Positions 52,158-64,000 of a stretch of DNA of 64,000 nt are shown piece after piece. The notes under the pieces were generated by a model. The model was not told the origin of the DNA. It saw nothing but the letters and a program-made list of their open reading frames with translations, and searched no databases. Position 1 is the stretch's first letter. Each line of letters begins with the position of its first letter. Position numbers and translations under genes: made by a program. The DNA is taken from the NCBI RefSeq assembly GCF_006345805.1, contig NC_043021.1, forward strand, positions 806,001 through 870,000, given 5' to 3'. Source of the stretch: Octopus sinensis (Eukaryota).

Positions 52158-52294
52158 CGCGCACACACACCACACACACACACACAAGCACACACACACA
52201 CAAACGCACACACATATGGCAAATTAAAGATACAAAAAAGAAAAGACAACAAAGTCAATAGACGTCCACAGTGTATAACAGTTATATATGAGTC

Positions 52295-52388
<94 letters not shown>

Positions 52389-52964
52389 TATATATTATTA
52401 CTATAATATCTATATATATATATACATATAATATATTAATATATAATATATATACAGATATATACATATATATATATATATATATAAATGTATATATATA
52501 ATATATATATAATATATATATATATATAATATATTATACAAAGTATATAAAGCAATAAAGATATCAATAATTTAAAAATACTTGATATACTAACTTATAT
52601 GCATATTCTCGCTATAATGTATATATAATATATATATAATATATATATATATATGATATATGTATATATATATATATATATATAGATTATATATATATAT
52701 ATAATATATATATATATAATTATATATATATATAATATATATATATACATACATACATATCTATACATATATGTTTTTCAACTTCTACATCAGCTGACAC
52801 CACCACCACAAAATAACGTGTCTCTCTTTAGGATGGGGGTGTTTTACCTCTCACCCTCCACTACTTCCCCTCCCCTCCTGTTACTACTAGTATACTATTA
52901 TCTTAACAAAAATCACCCTCACCATGCCCACCCACCCCCTCAATGAAACAAGGCCACATATTGA

Positions 52965-53110
52965 GGATGGGTTAGAATCGATTGGATTGACACCAGTCTA
53001 TGACTGGTACTTTATTTTTATTGACCACGTGATGTAAGAAAAGCGAAGTTGATACCGGCTGGATGTGATCTCAGAGAGTCTTAGGCCGAAGTAAAAAAAG
53101 TGCAAAATAT
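52965..53110 (-). mobile_element. Diverged SINE family A copy
   Basis: aatcgattggattgacaccagt..gactggtactttatttttattgacc matches the reverse complement of the core. Confidence 0.55.
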
Positions 53111-53477
53111 TTCAATCCCCTCTCCTAGCGATACTGCCAGTCCAACCCTGCCCTTCTCGTTTGGCTCCGGTTCCACGTCAACTTCTAACACGACTTTGAT
53201 ATAAATTTAGTTTTACTTTGATCCTGTTTCTGCAACACAACCACCTTTCCTTATGTACTGTGGCCCCTATTTTCTATGGTGTTATCAATTTACAGTCAGA
53301 AGCCCTAGAATAGGTATTCGAATTGCTCAACCACAGCAGAATATCGGGAAACATTTGATTTGATTCCGCTACATGTGTAGCTCTCAGCTAAGGACTCGGT
53401 GCAGACGTTTACTAATAACTCTACAGAAAGCAGATTGGATTATGGAAATCTATATGGAGCTCTAAGAGTAACGGATG

Positions 53478-53868
53478 TCACGCGTAGCGGTTTGCTTTCA
53501 AACACGTAGTTGTAGGGTCAGTCCCACCGTGTGGGACCTTGGACAAGTGTCTTCTACTATAGCCTCGGACTGGCTAAAGCCTTGTAGCCTTGTGAATGGA
53601 TTTTGTAGATGGAAACTGAAAGAAACACATCATATATATATATTATATATACACACACACACATATATGTGTATGTATGTTCGTGCCAGTATTTGACAAC
53701 TGCTTGACAACCGGTGTGGCGTTTACATCCACGTAAACTAGCGGTTCGGTAAAAGAACCGATAGAATAAGTACTAGTTAAAAAAAAAAGTGCTGGGGATC
53801 AATTCGGCCCCGACCACAATTCTTCAAGGCGATGTCCCTGCAAATGGTTGAGACAAGTAAAAGATAAA
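53478..53868 (+). mobile_element. SINE family B, full-length-like, internal (TA)(CA)(TG) microsatellite
   Basis: Head, ggacaagtgtcttctactatagcctcgg, microsatellite, then cttgacaaccgg...gatagaataagtact 3' module. Confidence 0.8.
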
Positions 53869-53872
53869 TGAT

Positions 53873-53903
<31 letters not shown>

Positions 53904-55725
53904 TAATAATTAGGGGGTCACAGACATAACCGCGTGGTTAAGAAGTGTGTTATTTAACCGAAGGCGTGGTCGAGTGGTTAACAAATTCATTTCTCAGCCA
54001 CGTGGTTTATCAACTAACGAGAGCAATCTGTCGACCAACGGCGATTCTTGGTGCAAAAAACTCACAGCCCAATACACCGAACCTACCAGATTTACGCGTC
54101 TTAGCCAAGCGTAAAGCTAGGTGCCGCTCATCGAATTCGAAACCGCTACGACTATCCCATCTTTTGTTTAGCCAGTGGTTAAGAGTGACTTTCTCTAGTG
54201 TGTTTCTCTTTTGAAGTGTGGTTTGCTGTTATTTCTTGCAAGCGGAGTGATCACATTGTGTAATGCTCCTAATGAGAAAGAACTGCAGGGAGGGGCAGGT
54301 AGACGGTGTAGGGGTGAAGGAAGACATATAGACGTTGAGGTGACTAAAAAGTGAAACGCAGAAAGTAGCTGCGAAGTCACTTCCGGTAAGTATGGTTGCT
54401 CGGGGAAACGTCTGAGTATGGCGACCGGAAGACATCAATGAGTATGGAGACAAGGTGTTGTCTGAATAGAAAGTAAGCGAAAAAGACATAAAGGATAGAA
54501 ATGGGGTAGGAGAGATATTAGAGGAGGAGGAGGAGGAAAAGGGTGGGAGAGAAAGTGAGGCGTTAGGGATAATTGGACAAGATGTAGGACAGGAAGAGCT
54601 CAGCTTGACAGAACCATATAACTAGATAGGTATTTGTAAAAGAGATGGACGAAAATATGGAAGAATGACCGATTGTATTTACTTATAGTTGGGAAATAAT
54701 TTAGCAGTTTTCTTGTAAAATAGTTATTAAATTAATTCTATAGTTTTAGGTGTCTAATCCCTAAATGTAGACCTATAAGCATCTGGTAAGGAGTAGGAAT
54801 ACAACGGAAGAAGTTACCGCCGTTATTTTTAATATGTCTGTGATGTTAGAGCAACCACTCGAATTGGCTGAGATGTCATAACAGTTCACTTAAGTAGCAG
54901 ACAGTGCTCGAAGGTCATTAAATATAACAGGAGCTTACCTTCTTGGCGAGAACCACAATATTTTATCTCAACATCGTTGTGCATTTGTTGGTTTTGTTCC
55001 TGTGTCTAACCTTCTGGTGTTACTTTAAAAGAAAAAAAAGTCCTCGTTGTTGTACTTGTTGCCACGTGATATCAACTATTTTATATCAAGGAGTCAAATT
55101 GTCCTTTCAAGCCTGCCTTGTTATTTGATAAAGTGCTTTACATAAAAAATTTGCTGGTTATTGTTTTTTAAAACCAAGTGAACAAGGGAAATAATTCCCA
55201 TGGCCTAAAACTCTTCCCAGTTAATATCACGTGATATATTCAAATACTTTATCGTGTGAAATCTACCCCCTTTACCTTGACAGTTAACACGACATCACAC
55301 CTCAGCTTGTTAGAATTTTGGACCGTAAGTCTATTCTGACCCCACCTCCAACTACACACACTGCTGTTTTGTTGTTAATTGGCGGGCCAACACGCGAACA
55401 TTTTTTAGGGTTTCGGAGATTCTTGAGGTGGAGTTCTTAGACTGGAGACCAAATACTTGCAACTGAATGGACTATGCTTAAGACGGCTCAACGGCCTGGT
55501 GGAGGGCATCGAACCAGAAACAGATCGAATTTGCCTCCAATCCTTTCCCTGAGTGGACTCTACGGACTCACAGTGACCAGGACAGACTATGCCCACCATT
55601 GAAATAGGTCTGTTGTATTAAGGTTCTAGTAACCAGGTCTCGGCCGACCTCGCTTGGCTTTCAACACTTCTAACATGTATGAAGATACAAATATATACAC
55701 ACTCACGTACACACACACACAGAAG

Positions 55726-55825
55726 TAGTGACACAGCTATATTTAAGGAAATGGACATAGACAAACACAAATATATATATTTATGTTTGTCTATGTGCAT
55801 TTCCTTAAATATAGCTGTGTCACTA
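55726..55825. repeat. 100-bp near-perfect palindrome (49-bp arms, 2 mismatches)
   Basis: tagtgacacagctatatttaaggaaatg..catagacaaaca.aaatat|at|atattt.tgtttgtctatg..catttccttaaatatagctgtgtcacta. Confidence 0.92.
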
Positions 55826-57483
55826 TATATATATGTGTGTATATATATATATACACACGCACACACACACACAAAGTGGGTAGAGGCGAGCAAAGAAGGA
55901 AGAAGCTAACATTGGTGGTGTTTGATTGGTGTAATTAGCGTTCGTGCGGTGGTTTATATGTGTGAATGTGTGTATATATAATATATATTTGTGTGTGTAT
56001 ATCTGCTTGTGTGTATGAGTGTATAATATTGCCTGAGGATCGAGAGTATGAAAAACAGTCCTAACTTTGAATAAATCTTTTCCCTTTTTTTTTTTCTCTC
56101 AAAGCATTGGAGACATTTTCTCGCTTAATTGTATTCTACACCAGTGTAATACTACCAGCCAGTGTGTATATGTATATATACATGTATATATATATGTATG
56201 TGCGTGTGTGCATGGGTGTGTAGTGGGTGGGAAGGGGGGCTGAAAGTTTGTTTTTCTCGTGAGATACTAAAACATTAAGTTTCATACAAGAACTGTTAAA
56301 AATGCAAGATTGGTTGTGGGGTAAGATAGGGCGTGGTTCCCTTTGGAGAATTATTTCGGTGGGTAGGAACTTATTATGTCAAGGAAGAAAAATGTCCATT
56401 TGTGTGTCGTTTCTCTCTTTAAATGTTTCCAGTCTTTAAGGGCCATTTTAAAGGAATAATGCATCTATTAATGTTGTTCTCGGTGTTCTTATTGTTTACC
56501 GTTTCCCAACTCGTCTCGGGTTATTAAAACTACGAAGATGCTGTGGCAAGGATTTCATCCAAAGATTATTGAAATAATGAATCATTTTCTGGTTTCTCAA
56601 ATCCCAGTTGTTCCATGAATCCCTATCATTTTACTCGTCACATCAAACAGATTTATGAAATGTGCATACCAGTAACTTCATCTTCTAAAATAGGTTTTCT
56701 CTGAAAAATATTTTATTCTGAAAACGTTTACAAACGAAGTATCGAGGTTTCAAAAATTAAGACAGGGGGGAAATGGAGGAAGGAAACAAAGTTATTAAAA
56801 CGTATTCATTTCCAAAAGAGTCACTTTTTGTTGTTAAATAAACTGGATCTGTAATGTTAGGCCGTCAAGTGGGTTACTGTGCCACTTCGATGTGTCGCAG
56901 CTTGTTTATATTGTACAGCAATATTGTCAGACTGACATGGTTAACCCAAAATACATTTGTGTAAAACTAAATAAACGTTACATGAATAAACTTCCAGCAA
57001 TCCTTTAAGATATTGAATTCACTAAAATTGAATGACATTATGTGACTTTGTCGAGTCAGAGATCACAATGTCGGACTCGGGGAGAGTCGTAGGTTACAAT
57101 TTATGGTTTATTAATGTCACAAGTTATGACTTATCACTAATGACGCAGGCTAAGATATATCACTTTCAGGTGTCAAATATTAAGATACTAAGAGATATTG
57201 CAGAGTCACAAATTAAGATATACTTTTTGGAAATATCAAAGATTTATATATACACCTTAGAAAGTATCTTATATGAAAACATATGACTAGGATATGTCAT
57301 AAACTTATGACATGATGATATAACGGGATATATGAAGAGTCAACTATTGGGTCCGAAGCAAGAGGAAGCTGCGATAGACGACGATGATGCCGGTTGAATA
57401 CTTGGCCTTATCATAAAGTAAAATATCTTGATAGTATCAGATTGGGATATAAAACTTGAGATGAAAATATAGGTTTCAAATAT

Positions 57484-57655
57484 CGGGGGGGGGGGGGGGA
57501 TCGATTACATCGATCTCAGTGCTCAACTGGTATTTATTTATCGACCCCGAGAAAATGAAAGGCAAAATCAACTTTGGTGGAATTTGAATTCAGAACTTAG
57601 GGACAGATGAAAAATCGCTAAGCATTTTGTCCGGCGAGCTAACGATTCGGTCAAC
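57484..57655 (-). mobile_element. SINE family A copy
   Basis: gatcgattacatcgatctcagtgctcaactggtatttatttatcgacccc..aaaatgaaaggcaaa is the reverse complement of the core. Confidence 0.8.
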
Positions 57656-57723
57656 AGACCGGCTGACTTGAGATGAAAATATTACTTTCGTATATGAGTG
57701 AGGATGTGTTTATGCATCTATGC

Positions 57724-57767
<44 letters not shown>

Positions 57768-57873
57768 ATGCATCTGTACTTGTCTGTGTGTGTAGAAAGA
57801 TGCCTTTCAAAACCACATCAAGCGACGTTAGGAAGATAGACAAGGTATGCGCCAATAATGGCTGAATTGTAAG

Positions 57874-57907
<34 letters not shown>

Positions 57908-59704
57908 CCCAAAAGTGAACAAAAGAAACAAAAGACAGAGACAAGAGATGAGGGAACAACAAACAGTGTGTAGTAAGTATGTGGCATGGGTGGATGGGTA
58001 CCGTCAGTGTTTCCACCTTTATAAAGATAAAACGATCGAAGAGTCCGATAATTGAAAATGGAATCAAGTAAAGAAACATTATGTAAGCAGTGAGTTGAAT
58101 TGTTGTAGTTAGTGATGATGATGGTGGTGGTGGTGGAGGCGTTTGCGAGTAGCTGTGGCGGCGGTGACGTAGCAGGAAATGTTTATTTTCGGAAGATGCA
58201 GAGACGGAGGGTTGAAATGTAATAAACTAAAGAATGATAAAGGCTCAGTGGAAAGCTCCAGCGGGGTCACGCTTTTCCCTACTTGGCTTCTTTGTTTCTT
58301 TATTTCCTTATTTCAGGTTATCATGTTAGCTACTGATTATTTACAACACACACACACACTACATATATATATATATGTATATATGAGAGAGAGAGAGAAA
58401 GGGTGAGGGAAGTGAGAGATTCTAGCTATACTTTGCTGACGAGGTCTAATAACGTTCAAACATGCCCAGAGTTGTGGTTCTTGTTACCAAAGTCTCCACT
58501 CCCTCCCCTACTGCATTCCTTAACTTCTATTTCCAAATGAGTTGCTGTCCTTGTTTCATTAGAATTTCTCATTAACTTCTAATTGTGCACTTTTAGTTAA
58601 TTAAAATAACTGGAGCCCTTCCATTAATTAATAAGGGTCGACCTTGAAATGTGAAGGTTGCTAGAAAGGGTGGAAGGAGGAGGGGTGGCGGTGATGGGGC
58701 AGGGGAGAAATGAAGTCTCTGACAGGGTGGCCACAAGTTTTGGAAACACTGCAGCAGCAGCAGCAGCAGCAGACTTCGGTTGTTGGTGACACACAGCAGG
58801 TGGCGGGGTGGTGGTGGTGGTGACTCAAGTTTTAATGCACGAAAGCCGGGAGCCTGGCATGAAACGGATTCACACACACAAACGTGTGTGTGTGTGTCCT
58901 GTTTAAATCCTGCAGAACACAAGAGCTATTGAATATATTATACAATATATTATATATTATATGTTTATGATTATATATTTGTGACGTGTGTGTGTGTGTG
59001 TGTGTCCAGACAGTATATATACACACAGACTGTGTTTACATCTGCAGTTGTGATCCATGTGTTCAAACGGATACATCACATCCACCACCACCACCACACC
59101 ACCACCAGGAAGTGAAAAATTGCTGAGTAATTTAGTCCACCTCCCCAGGGGGACACTGTCTGTCCCCTTTCCAGTAGCTCGGTCACGTGCTACATACACA
59201 TACATTGCGTATATAAACACACACACACACACACATGCTTATGTTACTATAATCCCAGACTTCAGACAACCAAAGTTTTTTTTCTTCTGAAACTAAAACA
59301 CCGCCCCCCCCCCTTCCTTCCATTTCTGTTCCACATTTTTTTCTTCGTTTACTTTTTTATGTTTGTTTTATTAAAGTTTAATTAAAAGATCCTGAAATTT
59401 TAAAAATCTGATCAGAATTTGTTTTAAGGTCGTCCTTGATTTACTAACAACCCAACCACGACTTTTCTACTTTTTTTTTTGTTGTAGAGATACATTTCAG
59501 ACCACATTAGCTAACGAGTCTTTTCATAAAACAGCTGGATGTAATATAAGGTAGTTTGGCTGTTATTTCTAGCGTTTTGGGTGTCCACACATAGAGACTC
59601 CCTCTTTGGTTCGACCCTGCGTTTAGTTGTTAGTGTATATGTGTGTCAGTGAATGTATATTTCTTAGTGAATATGCATGTGTATATTTCTGTGTGTTTGT
59701 ATGT

Positions 59705-59815
59705 ACGTGACTGGTACTTTATTGTATTGACCTCGGAAGAGAAAAAAACAAAGGTGACCTCGTTCGGATTTGAACTCAAAACGTCAATGTCTGGAACTAA
59801 GCTTTGCAGCCGTAA
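59705..59815 (-). mobile_element. Diverged SINE family A fragment
   Basis: gactggtactttattgtattgacctcgg...gtgacctcgttcggatttgaactca. Confidence 0.5.
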
Positions 59816-60065
59816 CGGTTTTATCAATCCTGTGCCTATGCTATGTAAAGAAGCTGTTTATTCTTGAAGATCTTGCAAATGAAAAGTCCTCCTTCCCTCC
59901 GGGGGTTTTGGTATTCTTTGCAAGAAAATACTGTGTTGAGGCCTTCATGTCTGCTTTTGTTTAAGAATAATTTACATTGTTAAAATATTTCAGAAGGAAA
60001 AGATCTATTAAACCAGAACCCACCCAAGGTCCGCCAGTGTTAGAGTGTTCTTTAAACCTTTAAAT

Positions 60066-60279
60066 CAGTAGTTCTCAACCGTCGCTCCTGGGACCGCGTT
60101 CAACCCTCATGCATCCTTGCATCCTTCTGGTGGCCCTCAACGGTTTTCCCTCTATAAATATAATAAACTTTTCTTTAATTAATTTGTATTTTACCTTCTA
60201 TTTTTTTTTTCGTGTGGCCCCCTAAAACATCCAGGTTTTGGATCTGGGCTTGGACCCTAAAACCGGTTGGGAATCGCTG
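60066..60279. mobile_element. hAT-type MITE (214 bp) with 8-bp target-site duplication
   Basis: TIRs cagtagttctcaacc / ggttgggaatcgctg; flanks ctttaaat (60058-60065) and ctgtaaat (60280-60287), 7/8 identical. Confidence 0.75.
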
Positions 60280-63200
60280 CTGTAAATAATGAAAATTTAG
60301 TGTACTAGTGACATCTTTAGTACAACAAGGACTAAACATAATGTCGAGACAAACCAAAGTGACATAAGTCCGAGAGAAAGCAGCAGTTTTCTGGAGAGAG
60401 TAATTAGTTGATAATAACTACTTCCGAATACATTTCCACTGCAACATACGACAAAAGACATCATCGCAACTTTACCGATTCCTTACAGGAACTACATTTA
60501 TTTTGACTATCACACTTGTAACGGTTGAGTTTTAATTAGTGCAGTTACCATTTGTAACGGGTAAGATTGTTTAGGTACACAATAATATGAAATGTCGGAG
60601 TCAGCAGTTGTGACGATATGAATTTTGTTGTAACGGCAAGTTGTAAGATGTGAAAAATGGACAATGCTTGAAGTTTTAAGGAAATATTTATTTACCGTTA
60701 CGTTACAAATACCTTGCCTCGACGGGCAGGTTATGATAAATCCAAAAGCTTGCGAAGTAAAGTTTGTGTTTGTGTTCTCTGCATTGTTTAGTAGTAATTG
60801 CGGAGAGAGATAGAATGATGTTGTAAGAGAACAGAATTAGAGCTAGTGAGAGTTGTATGGTGTTGGGCGTTGTCTCACAGTTACTGACAGTAAACTTCAT
60901 TTCTCCCTCGGACCAAGGTTGTAGCTGGTCAGCCAGACTTCGTTCTCACTGAGTTGTCACACTGAAGTAACTAACTCGTTGAGTCGTCACCGAAGTGACT
61001 AATTTTTGCTTGAGGTGTTCTTGCTTTTATAACTATCCAGAAGGATAGACATATTGAGAACAATATATTTAGTTGGTGGTCTTGTTATCGCTATTCTGGT
61101 TTTTGGTGAAGTAGAAGAGGTTATAAGGGTCAAGTGGCGAAGACATTATTTCGTCCTAGCTAAAGGCATCTGGAAAATGTAAAACTGCTGTCAGAGAAAA
61201 GCCATTGTTCCACCGTGAGAAAAGTTCTGTTGAACTGTTAATTTAAATTTGGCTATGGTGGATCGAATCCACTTCATGCCTACAAGATCCTACACACTTC
61301 TTGGAGTATTCGTTGAGGACACGTAACCTCACCAGTTGCCTCCCTTTCTGTGGTTTCAATTATTAATAGTGTACAGAAAAATCGTGTCAGTAGGAAACAT
61401 GTTTAGGATGGGGAAGGGATATTTAAAGGATCAATATATACAATAATGTTATCAATGTAACTATAACAAGCTGCAATAGTGTAGAATATTTCGAGGGAGC
61501 AATAATGGTCCAGGGTGCAGAAGGAAGGGAACGGTATTTTGGAAAGGTTGTGGCAGATATTTTATTGAAGATAATTATTTTTATAACTACTAAGGAAAAA
61601 CAAAACACCTGACCTTCTTTAGAATCAGACATTGGCGGAAGAAAGGAAAGATGTTGACCCCAAACCGGAGGCACGGTTCAGCTAACGGCTGGTTGTCTTT
61701 AGCAGAGTCTACTAAAAGCACGCAGCATTTAGCGAATGAAACTAAACTGGGTGGAGAAGAATGAAGCCTGCTAAGTGGAGTCCATCAAAAATACGTTAGG
61801 GATCAGTTGTCCCTTGTTAAGAGTTCTCGCAGTCAACATCGGTGACCAGATGAAGGACGCCATTAAAAGAGAGAGGTTGATATTTCTCTATAGTTTTTTT
61901 TACATCACCGCTGTTACATTTCTGAGGAGCATTGTACAGTTTTGTACCACCACCACCTTCACTACTACTACTACCATCACCACCACCACAGCTATTACTA
62001 CTTTTACGACTAATCAACAGTGCGTGTGTGTGTGTGTGTGTGTGTTGGTCATGTGACCGTGTGAATAATTTATTGGTGAACGAACTGAAAGGAAATGAGT
62101 TCACATCTATGAGTGCCATTTCGATTTGTTTCTAGGTAGAACACCTAATTCTTTAATGGGAATATTGCACGAGATAGACCAGCGTTCTCTCCAGGTACAG
62201 ATGTGTCTCTCTCATAACACTACGACACTTGCAAACACAAACTAGCATCTGCCTCTTTCTGTTCTCCACTATCATCGCCCTCCGCCGCGTCGTCGCCATC
62301 ATCACCATCATTATCATCATCATTTATCGGCTATAACTTATGAATGATACAAGACAAGATGACAGACTCGCCTCATCCTCATCATCATCAGCAGCAGCAA
62401 CAGCAATCATGGTACCAATCTCTATCAAGCTATTGGCAATGAATTTAGAAGCACAGCCACTGTTTCCTCCTCTCCGTGGGTCGGTTTTACGGCGGCGTAT
62501 TTTCTATGACCTTAAAAACTCTTTTATAGGAATTCCATTCTAGAATCTTAATTGGTGCCTGGCTGAGCTTCCTGTTATATTAAGAACGGCACACTTACGT
62601 AAGTGTGACGATAAGAGTCGGGGTCAATACATGGCCCGATCTGAAGACAACAGAGAACCCCCTCAACAGATGGCGTTTGCTGAACGACCACCCTAGCAAC
62701 GATAGGGAGTTGGCAGCAGCACAGATGGGGAATAGTTGTGAACACCGCCTGTATGCTCCCATCTAAGGCTTATCTGTGTGTGAGTGAGAGAGAAAGGGAG
62801 AGCAGGATGGATGTAGCTGTCTATTTTCAATCGCTTGGGCCTCTCTCGAAATTTTCGACTTAGCGCCACCTATTGATGCTGATTATAACGACGTCTGCGC
62901 GCGCGCACACACACACACACACTACAAAAGAGCAGCAAGGTGAGAAGCATGCAACAAGACACCAACATGTACAACTACAAGATAGACTAAATATTGATCA
63001 GACGTTAATTAGAATGCGATATTATAGAGTTGGTGGTGGTGGCGACGGCGGCGGTGGTGGTGGTGGTTGTAAGAGTTGTATGGTTTACGATGTTGTGCAA
63101 GTAGTGTATGGACTGGTGTGGTTGATGCTATAGTACCAAGATTTCCATACCTCGTTGCAGCGTTGTTCTTCAGCCAAACCGAAAGCACAATTCTTTGAAC

Positions 63201-64000
63201 TTTGGAGACTCTTCAAAAATCGATTTTAATTCAATATTTCTCAAAGATATTTGTATCGATCTGTGAGCAGTGATAGATATTTGTATTGATCTGTGAATTC
63301 GGAGTCTAAAGAGAAAGATCGAACGATTTCTAACATAAGGGTGGGAGGGGCGTGGGGTGAAGGTTGAGTTTGCCGCAATACTTGCTTACTGTTTAATCTC
63401 CCCACCCTGAAAGGTTAAGTGTATTTGACTCCAGCGAAATTCGAACTCTGAATGCAATTAGACACCCTCGCAGACCACTGATTTCCCCAGACTCCCTTCT
63501 TCCCAAATCTATGGCCTTATTCCTTGTTTATTTTTATCTTTTATATATTATCTTCATCCAGTTTTTTTCTCTGTAAATTTCCATTTAACAATCTTCTATC
63601 AATCTGTCTGTCTGTCTAAACTATTAATGGTATGGCTACGGCTGGACCGTCTTTGATTCTTTCTGCAGTATAACAACATGAGTTAATTATGTACAAACTA
63701 TTTAGAAAATTTGTTCTCCGTCCTTTAGAACCATTAGGTCGAAGTTTGAGTCTATGAGATGTTTAGATGACTCAGAGTACAAAACCAATTCCTGAACAAA
63801 GACCCCAGTGTATTACAGGGTTGACCGCTGATCTTCATTTTCATATGTGTGAAATTGAGTAAAATTAACGGAAGCATTTTGCTCAGACGCAGTCCAAGAA
63901 CGAACTGCCAAACTAACAATCGCGTGCCCAATGGCCTAATTACTCGGCTACTGACCTTCACAAAATTGTCGAAAAGTTTTTGCTATTTACACTATTCCAG

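Overview
Animal genomic DNA, AT-rich and extremely dense in microsatellites. The abundant tRNA-derived SINE families are recognisable from memory as octopus-type, so this is most likely an Octopus scaffold (inference). There is one 100-N assembly gap at 42072-42171. Only two convincing protein-coding segments are present, both on +. The first is a very large exon (about 39312/39332 to the gap at 42071) encoding a Ser/Thr-rich region, two hydrophobic segments and a long tyrosine-motif-rich tail. The second is a matrix metalloproteinase propeptide exon (45030-45301) with the PRCGxxD cysteine switch and an RKKR furin site; its catalytic exons were not found in the window. The rest is microsatellites, several SINE families, decayed RTE/CR1 LINEs, a DD37D (maT) transposase remnant, a Helitron remnant, MITEs, and several fold-back elements, some with hammerhead-ribozyme-like cores (Penelope-like). 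The two best leads are a tRNA-promoter-headed element carrying a minimal hammerhead core between inverted repeats (13421-13721), and a possible shared signal-peptide exon linking the big membrane-protein ORF to the MMP. Nearly all short ORFs in the supplied track are microsatellite translations. All alignments were done by eye, so coordinates of decayed repeats are approximate.
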